Translations under genes and position numbers: made by a program | Notes under the pieces: model-generated | The model's input: the letters and a program-made list of their open reading frames with translations, nothing else | What the model was told of the DNA's origin: nothing | Databases searched by the model: none | DNA from: Octopus bimaculoides | Taxonomy: Eukaryota | DNA: 64,000 bases | Reading direction: 5' to 3' | Assembly (NCBI RefSeq): GCF_001194135.2 | Contig: NC_068996.1 | Location: 2,668,190-2,732,189 of the forward strand | Part shown: one piece after another, positions 1-12,745 of the stretch | Numbering within the stretch: position 1 is the stretch's first letter | Layout of the letters: every line of letters starts with the position of its first letter

Positions 1-16
1 AAAAAATATATTTAAA

Positions 17-17
17 C

Positions 18-78
<61 letters not shown>

Positions 79-100
79 GCATATGTGTGTATACATGAAT
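17..100. repeat. (AT)n microsatellite, one of dozens of (AT)n, (GT)n/(AC)n, (CT)n, (ATT)n and (GAT)n tracts in the window
   Basis: Directly visible. These tracts explain the [16 protein letters not shown] ORFs in the track. Confidence 0.98.
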
Positions 101-744
101 ATTTATAATGCTCATATGCATATGGATAGTGTACATGCACATAGGTATCTCTTTTTATGCCTACACTTGTGTTGTGTTTGTAATCATCTACTTTCATTTA
201 GCAATTTCCTTAATTGTTTGTCTAGAATGAAGATCATGTCTACTAGAATATGATGATAATTTGATTATCTTTTCATTAACAATGATGACAATGATGTTGC
301 TAATGATGACAGTGAGGTCAAAATAAGAAAGATAATTATGATAATTTTTTGTTATTGATAATTGTCTTACAGTATTAGTCATAGATATATTTCATTTTCA
401 GTAGGGGTGGGCGTTTAACATTGAAGAATCATGGCAGAATGATAGAACATCTTTGAAAGTTGTTAGGGTTCTGCAATATATTGTAAAGGCATGATAATGT
501 TAGAAATACAATTTAAAAAAAAATCATTATATTGCTATTGTTGGTGTTGTTGTTGAGTGTTTCAATTGTTAGAGTGTTAAGCAAAATGATATGGAGTATT
601 TCTATATGCTCTTGATGTTCTTGACTCCTGCTGAGGTCACCTTTGCCCTTTTGTAGCACACAAGTACTGAGGTCAATATAAACAACAAACCTCTTCCCAC
701 TAAAATTGTTGTTCTTGTGCCAAACTTTGAAACTCATCATCAGT

Positions 745-960
745 TTTATGGCAGCAAAACTAGCAGAATCATTGTCATGCTAGACAAATGCTTAGCAGCA
801 TTTCTTCTAGCTTTACTCTCTGTGTTCAAATGCTATCAACATTGACTTTGCCTATCATTCTTCCACAGTTGATAAAATAAGTACCAGCTGAGTGTCAATG
901 TATTTGACTCCCCCCACTCTTCAAAATCCCTGGCTTTGTGCCAAAACTTAGAAAAAGTTG
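745..960 (+). mobile_element. tRNA-derived SINE, abundant family A (degenerate)
   Basis: Head 'ctagcagaatcattgtcatgctagacaaatgcttagc' and central 'gactttgcctatcattc..gataaaataagtaccag'; matches more than 10 other copies in the window; (GTT/ATT)n tail. Confidence 0.75.
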
Positions 961-969
961 TTGTTGTTG

Positions 970-1003
<34 letters not shown>

Positions 1004-1039
1004 GGCAGCAAGTTTGCTGAATTGTGAGAGCATTTTTGT

Positions 1040-2915
1040 GTTTATACTCTTTTTGTGCTAGATTACTGCATTTGCTCTCTGAGTTTTATCGATCTGTGCT
1101 TCTATCAAATTCATCCTAATGGCTTGTTCCTGAGCAGCTATAAATAGTAATTCAGTGTCTTGTTTCAAATTTCCATCTTTCAGCCACAGCATTCCTTACT
1201 TTCATCATCTTTAACTTGTTACATTAATTTTCCATGTAATTCCTTCTCTGTTGTTTTCCTTCTGCTTTTGAATTCTGCTGCTGTTTCAGTAACTTTTTAA
1301 ACATACCTAGCTTCCAATAGTATTCTTTCTTCACTACATACAATATTATTTCAACTCCAATATTGCAGTACTAATGATGTCTTCTGCATTTAGTAATTCT
1401 GCACCTTCTTCCTTTCCTGGTTGGTAGTGTCTGTTGATATTACTTTTAGGGTGGAGTGCATTGTGAGCAGCTTCCTAGTTCTCCCATCTAAGTTCTTTAG
1501 TTTGGTCTTTGTCCATATGAATAGGGGATCAGAGTATCTTAATACTGGCATAACTCATGTTATGCTAGTATTCTTCATTACTTTGATAATATTCCTTCCA
1601 TTTAATTTTGTTTTGTGTACCTTCTTAATTCATCTCTTGTAGCCTTTGGAGATTTCTCTTTCTATTATCCAATTGTCTTGCAGCATTCAGCAACTCTAGA
1701 TATTTTGTATCCCTCATTTTCTACAGTGAAAATGATGTTGTTTTGTGGTAATGTTATGCCATCAGAATTTATCTTCTGGCCTTCATGATTAGCACTGTGC
1801 ACTTATCTCCACAAACTGCATTCCAATAGACTTGCTGAATACTCTTAATGGATAATCTTGGTCTTTTTCACTTTTTGTATGTAGTTTCAGGCCATTCATA
1901 TAAAGCTAGAGACTTATTTTCAATTTATTTTCACCTTGGTTTCCACAAACTAATAGGTAGATCTGAATTTTCTCTCTCTAAACTTGTCATAGAAATTAAC
2001 AAAAGCAAGACTCTCTGAAAGATTGCCTTGTGCATTTTCATACTTCCCAATGGTTCATTTATGCATTTGAGTTCTACTTTCCATGCTTTCATTGCTTTTT
2101 CCAAAAAGCTGTTTTTCTTTTTATTGACTCTGAGTGTCTTCAGGTACTTCAAGAGCCAGCAGTATGGAATATTATCATATTATCTTTTAGCGTATTCAGT
2201 CAATAACTAAACTCTTCTTTCCTATTTGTGCCTCATTTAGTATTCTGTTATATAAACAAATCAGCAATGATTCCCCTCGACTTCTTTCTGCATCCCTTTT
2301 GCTCTTCTGACAATAGATTCTCCTTATCCAGAAAATTTTATACTTCATCTGTTATAAGGCCAGTTATACTTTCCAGAGTAATTGTAAGCAAGTAATAGGT
2401 CTATAATTGCCAACTTCCTATCTCTTTTCTTTGTCCTTCTGCACCAATATCTTTTCTATTGTCATTCATTTTGGCATTCCATTTTCTATATAATCAATAA
2501 GAAATGGTTGTATATAGAACTGTGTATACTTAAAAGATTTTTTTTTAGTCAGAATTGTTGAATATCATCTGATCTGGGGGTCTTTGCAATTTGGTATTTC
2601 TTTTTCCTTGATGTTGATATTTTCTTGTTTTGCTCTATCTTCCATTTCACTTTTAAATTTTCATAACCAATCAGTTTCCATATTATGTTTGGATTTCTTT
2701 GCTCTAGATTTCTGACCAAAATTGTCTTGCTGCTTCAGCTTCTGGCACTTAATTTCCCTGGTGCTCCACTGCATTCTTTAGCCGTTATTAAAATATCTTT
2801 TTGTTGTTTTATTATCTGCCAGAATTATTTGTGTCAAACAAAATGCAATGAATTGTTTGTTCCAGCACTTTATGTTCTTTTATTACTTCAAATTCTTTCA
2901 TCCACTTGTGCTTGA
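1040..2915 (-). mobile_element. Dong/R4-clade non-LTR retrotransposon fragment (RT region, frameshifted)
   Basis: Minus-strand peptides AEAARQFWSEI, FLEKAMKAWKVELKC..AIFQ, LNGRNIIKV..PVLRYS..WTKTKLKNLDGRTRKLLTMH and LKDGNLKQDTELLFIAAQEQAIR..IDKTQ are typical of R4/Dong RT and post-RT segments. Confidence 0.85.
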
Positions 2916-3724
2916 TAAAATGAATGAATAAAATAAAGTACTGATCATGTACTAAGGTCAAAGTAACCAATTGCCCCTCTCCAAAATGTTCAGCCTCTTG
3001 CCTATGTTAGAAACAGTTATTATTATTCATGCATTCTCCATGTTACAGAAATGTGTTCCTGAAAAATTTCACCAGAATGCTTTAATGGAAAACATTTTTC
3101 CTTTTGACTTTAGTGTACATTAACCTGTGTAACACAGAACTGAAAAATAGATTTCATTCTATGGTATTACACATTACAGCAAGCTGTTTCGGGAATGCAA
3201 CATTTCCATGATTATGGGGGTTTACCTGTATTGTTATTATTTTTGCATCAGTGGTATTTTCATTGCATGCATTCACTGCATTACACAATGAAGCTCTCTG
3301 TACTTTGGATATGTGCAGTATTTTGTTAAGTTTTGTACTTGCTCATGTACTGACAGACACTATTGATATAAAATGGGTACAAAGGTTAGTAATGTTTTCT
3401 CTGTATGTGATGCATATTTGTAAGTCCTTAGACTTTTGGTTACCTATTTGTCTGCATTTTTATTAATCATTTACAAAGCACCTACAATTACTGGGATTGT
3501 TGAGAGTGGTGCATAGGCAGAATTGTAAGATTAAATTCCTTACTGTTCCTCTTTTAACTACTCGTTTCAGAGCTTAAGTTTTACTGAGCTTCAACTTTGC
3601 TTTTCATCCTTCCAGGGTTAATAAAATATAGTCAATTAAATGAATCCTTATCATATTTCAAGGATAATGTAACTGAGTAAGCCCTACTCTCAAATTTTTA
3701 GGTGTATGCTTATATTAGAAACAC

Positions 3725-4480
3725 TTATTAGAGGAGTTGTTTCTGTTTTCTGCTCCATTCTGGTTATTAACATTTCAAGATCTTTTAGGTCATATCACCA
3801 CTTTTTTAAAGCAATACATTATCATATTTTGCGAACTGGTGCCTTGATCAAGAGGCATTTCCTTTCCTGAACCTTTGATAATAATATCAGATTTATTAGC
3901 CTTGATTTCTTATCCTGTGTGTATTAGCTTAAAGTATGTCACTCTTAAAGAGCTTTTCTGATATATGCTTATACAATTTATTTTCTGTAGGTGTTTCATA
4001 ATGCTGGCACAATTCTGTGATACCTGTGAATGTTTTCTTTCTTGATAAGACTGGACAGCCAGAGATAATGTTATTTCTTTCCAGTTTCCACATATCCTGT
4101 TTTTATTTGGCTGTATTCTGCTTCATTATGTGTTTTTTTTTTTGTTTTGCTTTTGTGGGAAAGCTTTGATCTTGTGATGCAATCAATAGTGCTTTAGTCT
4201 CAATTTTGAATCTTACATGTCTCAGCTGTTGTTGTGACTTTTCCTTGTCTGCTTTTGCTGTTTAGCTTTACAGATGTTGGCAATGTTAGAATTTTTCTTG
4301 TCATCACTCTATCATGGCAGGCTTTAACCCAAATTTTAGATTAAATTCATAATTTTTATTGTTTCTTCTCATCCCTTTTTAACTTATCACTTCAATCCTT
4401 TTCTTTTCTTCTCATATTTGTTGGTTTCCTTGAAGACAAAACAGTTCTTTACATTTATCTCTGTTTCATCATCAATCTCT
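3725..4480 (-). mobile_element. Dong/R4-clade LINE 3' fragment, internally deleted
   Basis: Minus-strand remnants KIETKALLIASQDQSFP, ISGCPVL, NKSDIII and KDLEMLITRM (RLE endonuclease region). Confidence 0.7.
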
Positions 4481-4489
4481 AAAGTCCGG

Positions 4490-6070
4490 TGGCCCTTGGT
4501 GTAAATGGCAGCGAAAGTGGTGCATTCAGATGAGCTACCATCTATGGTCTAACAGAGAAGATTGGCAAATTTCTTCAGATATCTAAAAGCTTTTCCAGAT
4601 GTGTCCTTTTCTCTAGTTCTAGTGAGGGATTGGAATTGCATTTTAGACACTTGGTGAGGCTAGCGTATAGAAGTAGGGAGTGTAAAGACTCACAAACTTA
4701 CTCAGATGTTTCCTAATGCTTGACAGATACTGAATGGATTTCCTGAATGTGCTCATGTGGACACAGAACATACACAACAGGACATCCAGATCATATCAAG
4801 ACTGATAGTGTTTTAGGCTGTGCACAGTATGAATAGCTTCACTTTACAGACCACAAACTTGTGATCTCCATGGTTGACTGAAGCTGAACACATTCTTACC
4901 GATACGCAAAATATACAGGGATAGGTTTAGCGAATTGGTTAAATGGTAATTGATTGGAATAGTTGTCACAGACCAGTGGTGGAGCACTCTGAAGTGGCTG
5001 ATTTCATCAAAATCAATAATATTTAGCAAAGAGCTAGTAATAGAATGAAATACATTGGAGAAGGAGCTAATGATCAAGCTAGAATATGTGATTATCAAAA
5101 GCTGCATTGCTGAAGCTAGGGCTCCTGTACTACATCATATGGAAACTAAAGTTATTCAATGGCCCCCAAATAAAAGAGGTTTGATTGCAGCAAGAAAACC
5201 ACAATATGGATTTTGATGGACCAGAACAAGTGAATGCTACCTGATTCCAAGTAAACATGTGTGAATTTCTAGCAGCATTTTGCTCAGCTGTTTGGTGCTG
5301 GTGGTGAGTCAAAGACAAGCAGACTTTATGTATGATGACCTGTCATGGCTCTTAAAAGATGTTGAAATGTCAATAACACCCATTGAAATACAAAAAGTAC
5401 AAGGTGATTGTTTGAAGCACAACTCATCTGGTTTAGATGATTTGGTCTGTGAATTTTAGGAGTTCCTGCCAAACATTTTTGAAGCTCTCTTGGCAGACAG
5501 CATCTGAAAAGTGCTGTGGAATATGAAAATTCCCAGTGCAGTGAGCTAGGAAAGGATGCTGAGGAGGACATGCCAGATAACATTTAGTCTGTTACTCTGC
5601 TGAATGTAGAGTTTAAAATTTTGGCCAAAATGTTAGTGAAGAGGCTAGTGTTTATCATTAAGTGGTGTGGTTGGGGAATTACTAACATGCACAATCTTGA
5701 ACAGGTCCATCCATAGCTATCTCTACTTCATATGATACATCATAGAGAGAGGGTTGGGAATCAAGCTGTTTGCAGTAGGGCCCTGATTAAGTTAGATCAA
5801 TTGGAAGTGTTTAATTGGGATTGTCAAAATCTGGGCAGCTATACTGAAAGAAACATTTTTTGGCCACCTTTCTCAAGGGTGGATTGCTGCAGTGCATAAC
5901 AGCATCCCCTTTGTGGATCTAAATAAAGCGACACTTCTCAGAACTGTTTTACATCACATATATGGTCTATAAGGGATGCCCCAAGGTAAGGGTTGAGTAG
6001 GAAGTGCTGTCCTCAAATTCTTTGAAAGGTGGGTGAAAGTGATGAAAAGGGTAAGAGTAAATGGGACTAT
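4490..6070 (+). mobile_element. Tx1/L1-clade LINE ORF2 remnant (APE endonuclease to RT)
   Basis: Remnants DWNCILD, TDHKLV, YRDRFSELVK..WWSTLK, SSGLDDLVCEF, VTLLNVEFKILAKMLVKRL and ALIKLDQLEVF; many stops and frameshifts. Confidence 0.75.
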
Positions 6071-6899
6071 CCTTTATGTATAGGTGTTAAGCCTAAGAAC
6101 AACACATTTGCAGAGGGCACATGACATTTGTGTTGAGGATAATCTTGCATGGCAGGATTTCTTTATGGATCCTAGATGTAGGTACTCCTGTACCTTATTG
6201 TCATCATCATCACTTTTAAAAAAATCTTCTGTGTATGCATGTTTTTCTTTTCATGCCTGCCACTAAGGAAGTTCTGTATGCTGAAATCATTTGATCTGGC
6301 AGTTTTGGTACCCATACCAGATGATACTCTTCTCTGCTCTTAGCACCATATGTCTATATGAAAGAACCTCTCAAGGCAAATACTGCAGTATTCAGCATTC
6401 TAATATTACATCCACACTTAATGGGATGCAAGGATTACCATTTGTTGTTAATGCTGCTTCTGTCACTAATATTTATTTACTTGTACTTTATTCTTGGTTG
6501 TAAAACCTGTTAAAACCTTCTCCAAATGTCAGCCTGCTTTCTAAGGATTTCAATTTTCAGTATGATTAGGATGTATTAAATAAAAAGGGTGTTTTTTTTT
6601 TTTTTTAGGTAGGGGCCAATTCAAAGTGTATGCCTTAAAATGTATGCATTGTGTTAACTTAATGTAGCAATACTATATTTTGATATTAAACTTTGTCTCT
6701 AATGAGATGGATATTTTAATGAAGCTAAACTCTCAAAATCCAAACAGAATTGATCCTGCTCCATTGAGTTTCTCAAAGAACACATTTCACAGCCTAGCTC
6801 ATGGCTTATTGTTTAAATGTGACTGTTTTTGCACAGTCCAGCAAACAATAAACTGCACTTAACCTAATCACATAAGTTCAGAATGAAAATTTACTGCCA

Positions 6900-8020
6900 A
6901 CTTGATCAAGGGTCACATCACTATCACTGGTGAGTATGAATCAGAATCCAACCAAGGCTAGAATCAACAATGTTGCAGTTGAACCAGCAATCTCATTACC
7001 AGGTCATGATTCAAATAACAATAATGTCTCAACTGAACCACATCAATCAAATGAACCATATCACTTAACACCAGTCTCAAAACTGAAACAACAACCATCA
7101 ATATAAGCCTCACAACTGAATGTTGACATAATATAAAATGGACAACTGATTCAACGATTACAGTCATTATGGATTACAGCTGATTCTCAAATGAATCCAT
7201 AATAACTGAAGCAAGAATTATATTTCTTAACATGAAGTAACTCTCATTTCAAAGAAAATAAGCATCATATTTGAATCAGTTGTGTCAATACATTTAATTA
7301 CTTAATATCTTACTCATGACTAAATTATTAATTTTATTTAACATCAAAAAACAATTCTGATACCTGAACCAGCTACCAATAGTCAGTGTGTTGTTAGTGT
7401 CATATGATCATAACGGAACCTAAGATTACATTAATCTCCAAGACTGACCACCACTACCACCATCAAAAAGAAAAATTGTCAAATGAAAATGTTATCACTT
7501 TAGTTTCACAAACCAGTGATGATATTGACCACACAGTTGCATCTACCTCACAACAGCACATCATTCAACTCCTTTCATACCAAACCAGCAATCTTATCAA
7601 TCACACAATTCAATAGTTGCTGTAACCACTATAATCTCAAGGGAACAAATATACTAATCTTAGAATTGAGCAAAAAATATTACAAAGGATCCCTCAATCC
7701 CTCAGTTATACAATTAAATTGGTAATCACCAATCTGATAAGTGAGACAACAGTAAAATTAGATGTCACAATTGACCAGTCACCAGTAAAACAGTCATATC
7801 TCACAAATGAAAAACAATGACACAAGATTTATATAATCTAATCAATCACATCATTCTCACAGCCAAACCAACAAGCACACCAATCTCATAATTTAAGAAT
7901 TAGTACAGTTGCACCTATCTCACACCTTAATAACTACATCAATCACATCAGTCACATAACTAATTCATTAATTACACCAATTAACATCAATATCCTGATT
8001 TAATTACATCACTCTCACAT
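6900..8020 (+). other. A/C-skewed, degenerate, internally repetitive region with T/S/N/P/H-rich ORF remnants; unclassified
   Basis: Recurrent GAACCA (EP) units and the direct repeat cagttgca.cta.ctcaca at about 7533 and 7905; strong C over G skew; broken reading frames. Confidence 0.35.
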
Positions 8021-8283
8021 ATCAACTAACTTCATCATTTTTACATTAATTAAATAAATAAAAATGACAGTTTACCTCTTCGTCTCCCCAATATTCTAAA
8101 TGTAAACTTGTTGAAATTAAATAATTCTGCATTTTATTTCCTTTTGAATATTGATTTGTAATTTTTGTGTTGTTTTAGTTGTTGTTGTTGCCTTTTTTTC
8201 ACTGTATTTTACTCACACCCCATTACCTTTTCATTTTGTTGTTTTTTTTTCTTTTTTTTTTTTTTGTATTATTGTAATTTCAG

Positions 8284-8364
8284 TTGGAATCTTTCTTCGC
8301 TTTGCCCCGTTCTGAGCAAAAGTTTATTCCACGACCAGAAAAGACTCTAAAGTTACTGCTCAGT
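8284..8364 (+). CDS. Internal coding exon (81 nt, phase 0-0) of an unidentified host gene: LESFFALPRSEQKFIPRPEKTLKLLLS
   Basis: Long U-rich tract ending ttTCAG at 8283; donor AGT|GTATGT at 8365; open frame; length divisible by 3; GC richer than its repeat-free flanks. Confidence 0.7.
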
Positions 8365-8689
8365 GTATGTCAGGTGTTTTATTTTTTTGGGGTTATGTTT
8401 TGTTTTGAAATGATTTGATTTTAGTTTGTTTTTTTTTTTCTTCTTTTAAATTTTCTCTTGTTTTCTTATGATTATCATCCCCACCTCTTTGAAAGATAAA
8501 ATAAACTCAGCCTTGTTGAAGAAGAAAAGTAATGTATTTAGAAATGGTGTTATATATTTTTAAATAATATATATATATATATATAATAGAATATAAGGAT
8601 ATAAGCCTGCTATAACTATTTATAGGCAATTTATACATTAAATTAATAATATACATATGTATATATTAAGGGAGGAAGGGTGAAGACGA

Positions 8690-8715
8690 CCTATCTCCAG
8701 CATGCTGAAGATAGG
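8690..8715. repeat. 26-bp near-perfect palindrome cctatctccagca|tgctgaagatagg
   Basis: 12 of 13 positions self-complementary; contains CTGAAGA on + and CTGGAGA on -. Confidence 0.9.
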
Positions 8716-8984
8716 CCACATATGTATATTGTTATTAATTTAATGTATATATATGTGTGTGTGTGTATATATCTATATATATGTATGTATATATATATAT
8801 GTATATATATACACACAGGAAAGATTTAGCATATCTTTATAACTATTTATTGCCAATTACAATTGTTTCACTACCACTCCATTCCTAAGACCATTACATA
8901 TGAATAATTCCATGTTAAAAGTTATGTAGTATTAATGTTTTCAAATGAGTAGCATTTTATCAGACGAGCATCAAAAGTTGCTCT

Positions 8985-9028
<44 letters not shown>

Positions 9029-9594
9029 NNNNNNNNNNNNNNNNNNNNNNNNNNNNNNNNNNNNNNNNNNNNNNNNNNNNNNNNNNNNNNNNNNNNNNNN
9101 NNNNNNNNNNNNNNNNNNNNNNNNNNNNNNNNNNNNNNNNNNNNNNNNNNNNNNNNNNNNNNNNNNNNNNNNNNNNNNNNNNNNNNNNNNNNNNNNNNNN
9201 NNNNNNNNNNNNNNNNNNNNNNNNNNNNNNNNNNNNNNNNNNNNNNNNNNNNNNNNNNNNNNNNNNNNNNNNNNNNNNNNNNNNNNNNNNNNNNNNNNNN
9301 NNNNNNNNNNNNNNNNNNNNNNNNNNNNNNNNNNNNNNNNNNNNNNNNNNNNNNNNNNNNNNNNNNNNNNNNNNNNNNNNNNNNNNNNNNNNNNNNNNNN
9401 NNNNNNNNNNNNNNNNNNNNNNNNNNNNNNNNNNNNNNNNNNNNNNNNNNNNNNNNNNNNNNNNNNNNNNNNNNNNNNNNNNNNNNNNNNNNNNNNNNNN
9501 NNNNNNNNNNNNNNNNNNNNNNNNNNNNNNNNNNNNNNNNNNNNNNNNNNNNNNNNNNNNNNNNNNNNNNNNNNNNNNNNNNNNNNNNNNNNNA

Positions 9595-9642
9595 ATAATG
9601 TAACAAATTGTAATTAAAAGCTATATGATACATGCGAAGTGT

Positions 9643-9695
<53 letters not shown>

Positions 9696-10134
9696 CACAC
9701 ACATAAACATGCAATATGCATGTCTATATATTATATGAAATCATTTGAAGCTGGTCGCCCAGCATGCTCTCACTCTCATAGCTGAAATTAGTAAGAGAAT
9801 ATACACACACACACACATGTGTAAGTGTGTGTGTAGATGTGTGTGTGTGTGTGTAGATGTGTGTATGTGTGTGTATTTGTATGATAAATATATGTATGTA
9901 TAGATATGTATATCTGTGTATATGTATGCATGTATTTATATAGATATATATATGTGTGTGTGTGTGTGTGTATGTATATGCAAATAAATGTGTATATATG
10001 AATANNNNNNNNNNATAAATAAATATCTTGCGTATATAATAGTAATACAATTTTTGCGTAAAGCGTTGAATTTACGTTTAATTACAATAATGTAACAAAT
10101 TGTAATTAAAAGCTATATGATACATGCGAAGTGT

Positions 10135-10187
<53 letters not shown>

Positions 10188-10520
10188 CACACACATAAAC
10201 ANNNNNNNNNNNNNNNNNNNNNNNNNNNNNNNNNNNNNNNNNNNNNNNNNNNNNNNNNNNNNNNNNNNNNNNNNNNNNNNNNNNNNNNNNNNAGCTGAAA
10301 TTAGTAAGAGAATATACACACACACACACATGTGTAAGTGTGTGTGTAGATGTGTGTGTGTGTGTGTAGATGTGTGTATGTGTGTGTATTTGTATGATAA
10401 ATATATGTATGTATAGATATGTATATCTGTGTATATGTATGCATGTATTTATATAGATATATATATGTGTGTGTGTGTGTGTGTATGTATATGCAAATAA
10501 ATGTGTATATATGAATATAT
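9595..10520. repeat. Near-identical duplicated block (about 9595-10005 vs 10082-10515) interleaved with N-gaps; probable assembly redundancy
   Basis: Identical text, including microsatellite structure, on either side of small gaps. Confidence 0.85.
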
Positions 10521-11268
10521 ATTTATGAGAGAGAGAGAGAGCAATAAATCGTAGGGGTATCTGTGCTTAGGGGACCAGGCCATTTAAAATAAAATACTTT
10601 CACTCTTAATACTAATTGAAGTGTTAGTATTAAGTGTGAAGATATTGTATTGAGTTCAACAGATTGCATTTTGTTGAATTTGCAAAGTTAATAAAACTTT
10701 TTAATGTGTGTCTGTGTGTGCATAAAATTTTTTTCTGCTTCAGTTGACGATAACCTTTCCTCAAATTTGAGGCCTTGTGCTTATGGTAGAAATTATTTTC
10801 CTCCATCTCCATTTATAATTACTATTGTTAGCAGTTTCAAATCCTACTATGGTTGACTGTTTTGTTCTGGAGTTTTATTGTTCGAGTAATGTGGTTATGA
10901 TAAATATTTGTAACTCCAACCACCCCCAAAAATGTTTGCTCTTGTGCATGTGTCAGAAACCATATGAATTCAATTATGCCATTTTGCAGACAATTCTGCC
11001 TCTTAAATACTTTTAGAACTACGTGACTGCAATTATGTTTTCTACTGCAAACACATTTTTTTTTTTTAATTCATTTTGTTTTTCACAAGTGTGAAAAAAA
11101 TAAAATGTTGCAAGTTTATAGGTGCAGGCATGATTATGCTAGTAAATTTACTTTGGTACCATTTAGTTACATGTTTTGTCCCACTGCATGGAGACTTAGG
11201 CAAGTATTTTACACTTGTCTCAGGCTGGTCAGTACTTTTAATTGAAATTAGTCACTCCTAGCAGAAGC

Positions 11269-11322
<54 letters not shown>

Positions 11323-11354
11323 GGTAGTTTTGCTCAAGTATTGTGAGATATAAC

Positions 11355-11578
11355 TTTAAAAAAGGTTGTTGTGAAAGGCTGGAACAATGCAAGAAGGTAC
11401 AAAGTAAATTACAAAAGGAAAAGAAAACAAAACAAAGTTGCAGTTTTACTTTGTATTTCGGGGTGAAGAGCCCTTCTTCAGGACTTTTTGTAGAAATACA
11501 AAGTAAAGCTGCAACTTTGTTCTGTTTTGTTTACTTTGTACCTTCTTGTTCTGGTCTTACACAACAACCTTCTTTAAA
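11355..11578. repeat. About 220-bp inverted repeat with a hammerhead-like core in the spacer
   Basis: Arms tttaaaaaaggttgttgtg..gaaggtacaaagtaaa..aacaaagttgcagttttactttgtatttc and gaaatacaaagtaaagctgcaactttgtt..tttactttgtaccttc..cacaacaaccttctttaaa. The minus-strand spacer reads CTGAAGA-agggctcttcacccc-GAAA. Confidence 0.85.
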
Positions 11579-12745
11579 ATAAATAAATAAATGTGTGTGT
11601 GTGTGTGTGTGTGTATACTTACTATTTACAAAGGAGCTACTAATAGTACCTGCTCCAATGATACAATAATTTGGCAGTGATACAATAACATGCCATGTAT
11701 TTCACTGCAACCTCTCAGGCTCAGTGCATGTTGTCAAATATATTTAAAAACTAGGATGTTGGTCCATGGGAAAATAAACGAGAAGGAAATCATGAAGAAA
11801 CTTGATGGGTTTCAGCCAGTCATTTTCAAATCAGTACATATCTTTAAGCCAAGTACTTATTGAACTTTGCACAATGTAAATACAGAACCCCATATTTTAA
11901 AGAGGAGGCAAACATTGAAATATACAACCATGTGGTAAGCAATAGACTTGAAAGTAAGTATGTAGGTCAATATGATTGACTAATACCATTCCGAGTGGTC
12001 TTCAGCATGGCTACAATCAAATAATTAAACTAAGTTAAGGAATAAATGTAAGTTAAGAGAAGTAAATAAATTCTTCTCAACTGATTTGCTGTGACAATTA
12101 AAAACTAAATGGGGTCTCTCGTCTGAAAACTGATTAATTTACATCATCCATGCAATTGGTATAGAGAAGCTCCTTGTAGAGAGCAAAATTCAAAGAGAGC
12201 TGGTAAGGAAGATAATTCCAATAATATCAGCTACATGAAGATTTTGAAAAATAAAGATCATGCATGATGATGATGTTGATGCAAATGGTAGTTGTTCTTA
12301 GTTTTGAATCCTGCTGTTGTACATATTTCAGTCTTATTAAACCTGTTCACTATAGCTTACTCTACTCACTTGACAAAATTTAGAAGTGATCAATTCTTTT
12401 GGTGGTACACTCATATTGTCTGGCAAAATTAGATGAGGACAAATGTTTACATTATTTTTATAGCGTATTCTTAGCATTGAATTGTAATAAAGTTATGAAG
12501 ACAGCCGAATTGGCAAAAACTACCAACCTAAGACAACTTAGTAAATTAGGGAGGAAAAAAATGCAGTACAGCATATTAGTTGTTATTTTCTGTAGTTTTA
12601 TTTATTTATCATTATCAAATAATAACATAACTTAGATATGATCCTATCTGATAAAATATCATGTTTTTATATTTTTTATTATAATTTATATAATCTTAAA
12701 ACATATCTTAGTAGAATTTTTATCATTTTTCTTCTCTCTCTCCAG

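Noticed and set aside
8284-8364. Assignments to slowpoke/BK, CaV-beta (FIPxPxK) or 2OG-oxygenase (FFxLP) from short motifs
   Set aside because: The matches are only 4-6 residues and the surrounding sequence or exon phase does not fit; no gene symbol assigned.
8945-10416. Long ORFs (217-272 aa) crossing N-runs here and at 14.1-15.1, 22.7-23.2, 25.0-25.6, 45.2-45.8 and 48.8-49.4 kb
   Set aside because: They are open only because of N gaps and dinucleotide repeats.
9595-10520. Apparent tandem segmental duplications (also 24938-25922)
   Set aside because: Identical copies sit directly against gaps, typical of unmerged contig overlaps; long reads would be needed to call them real.
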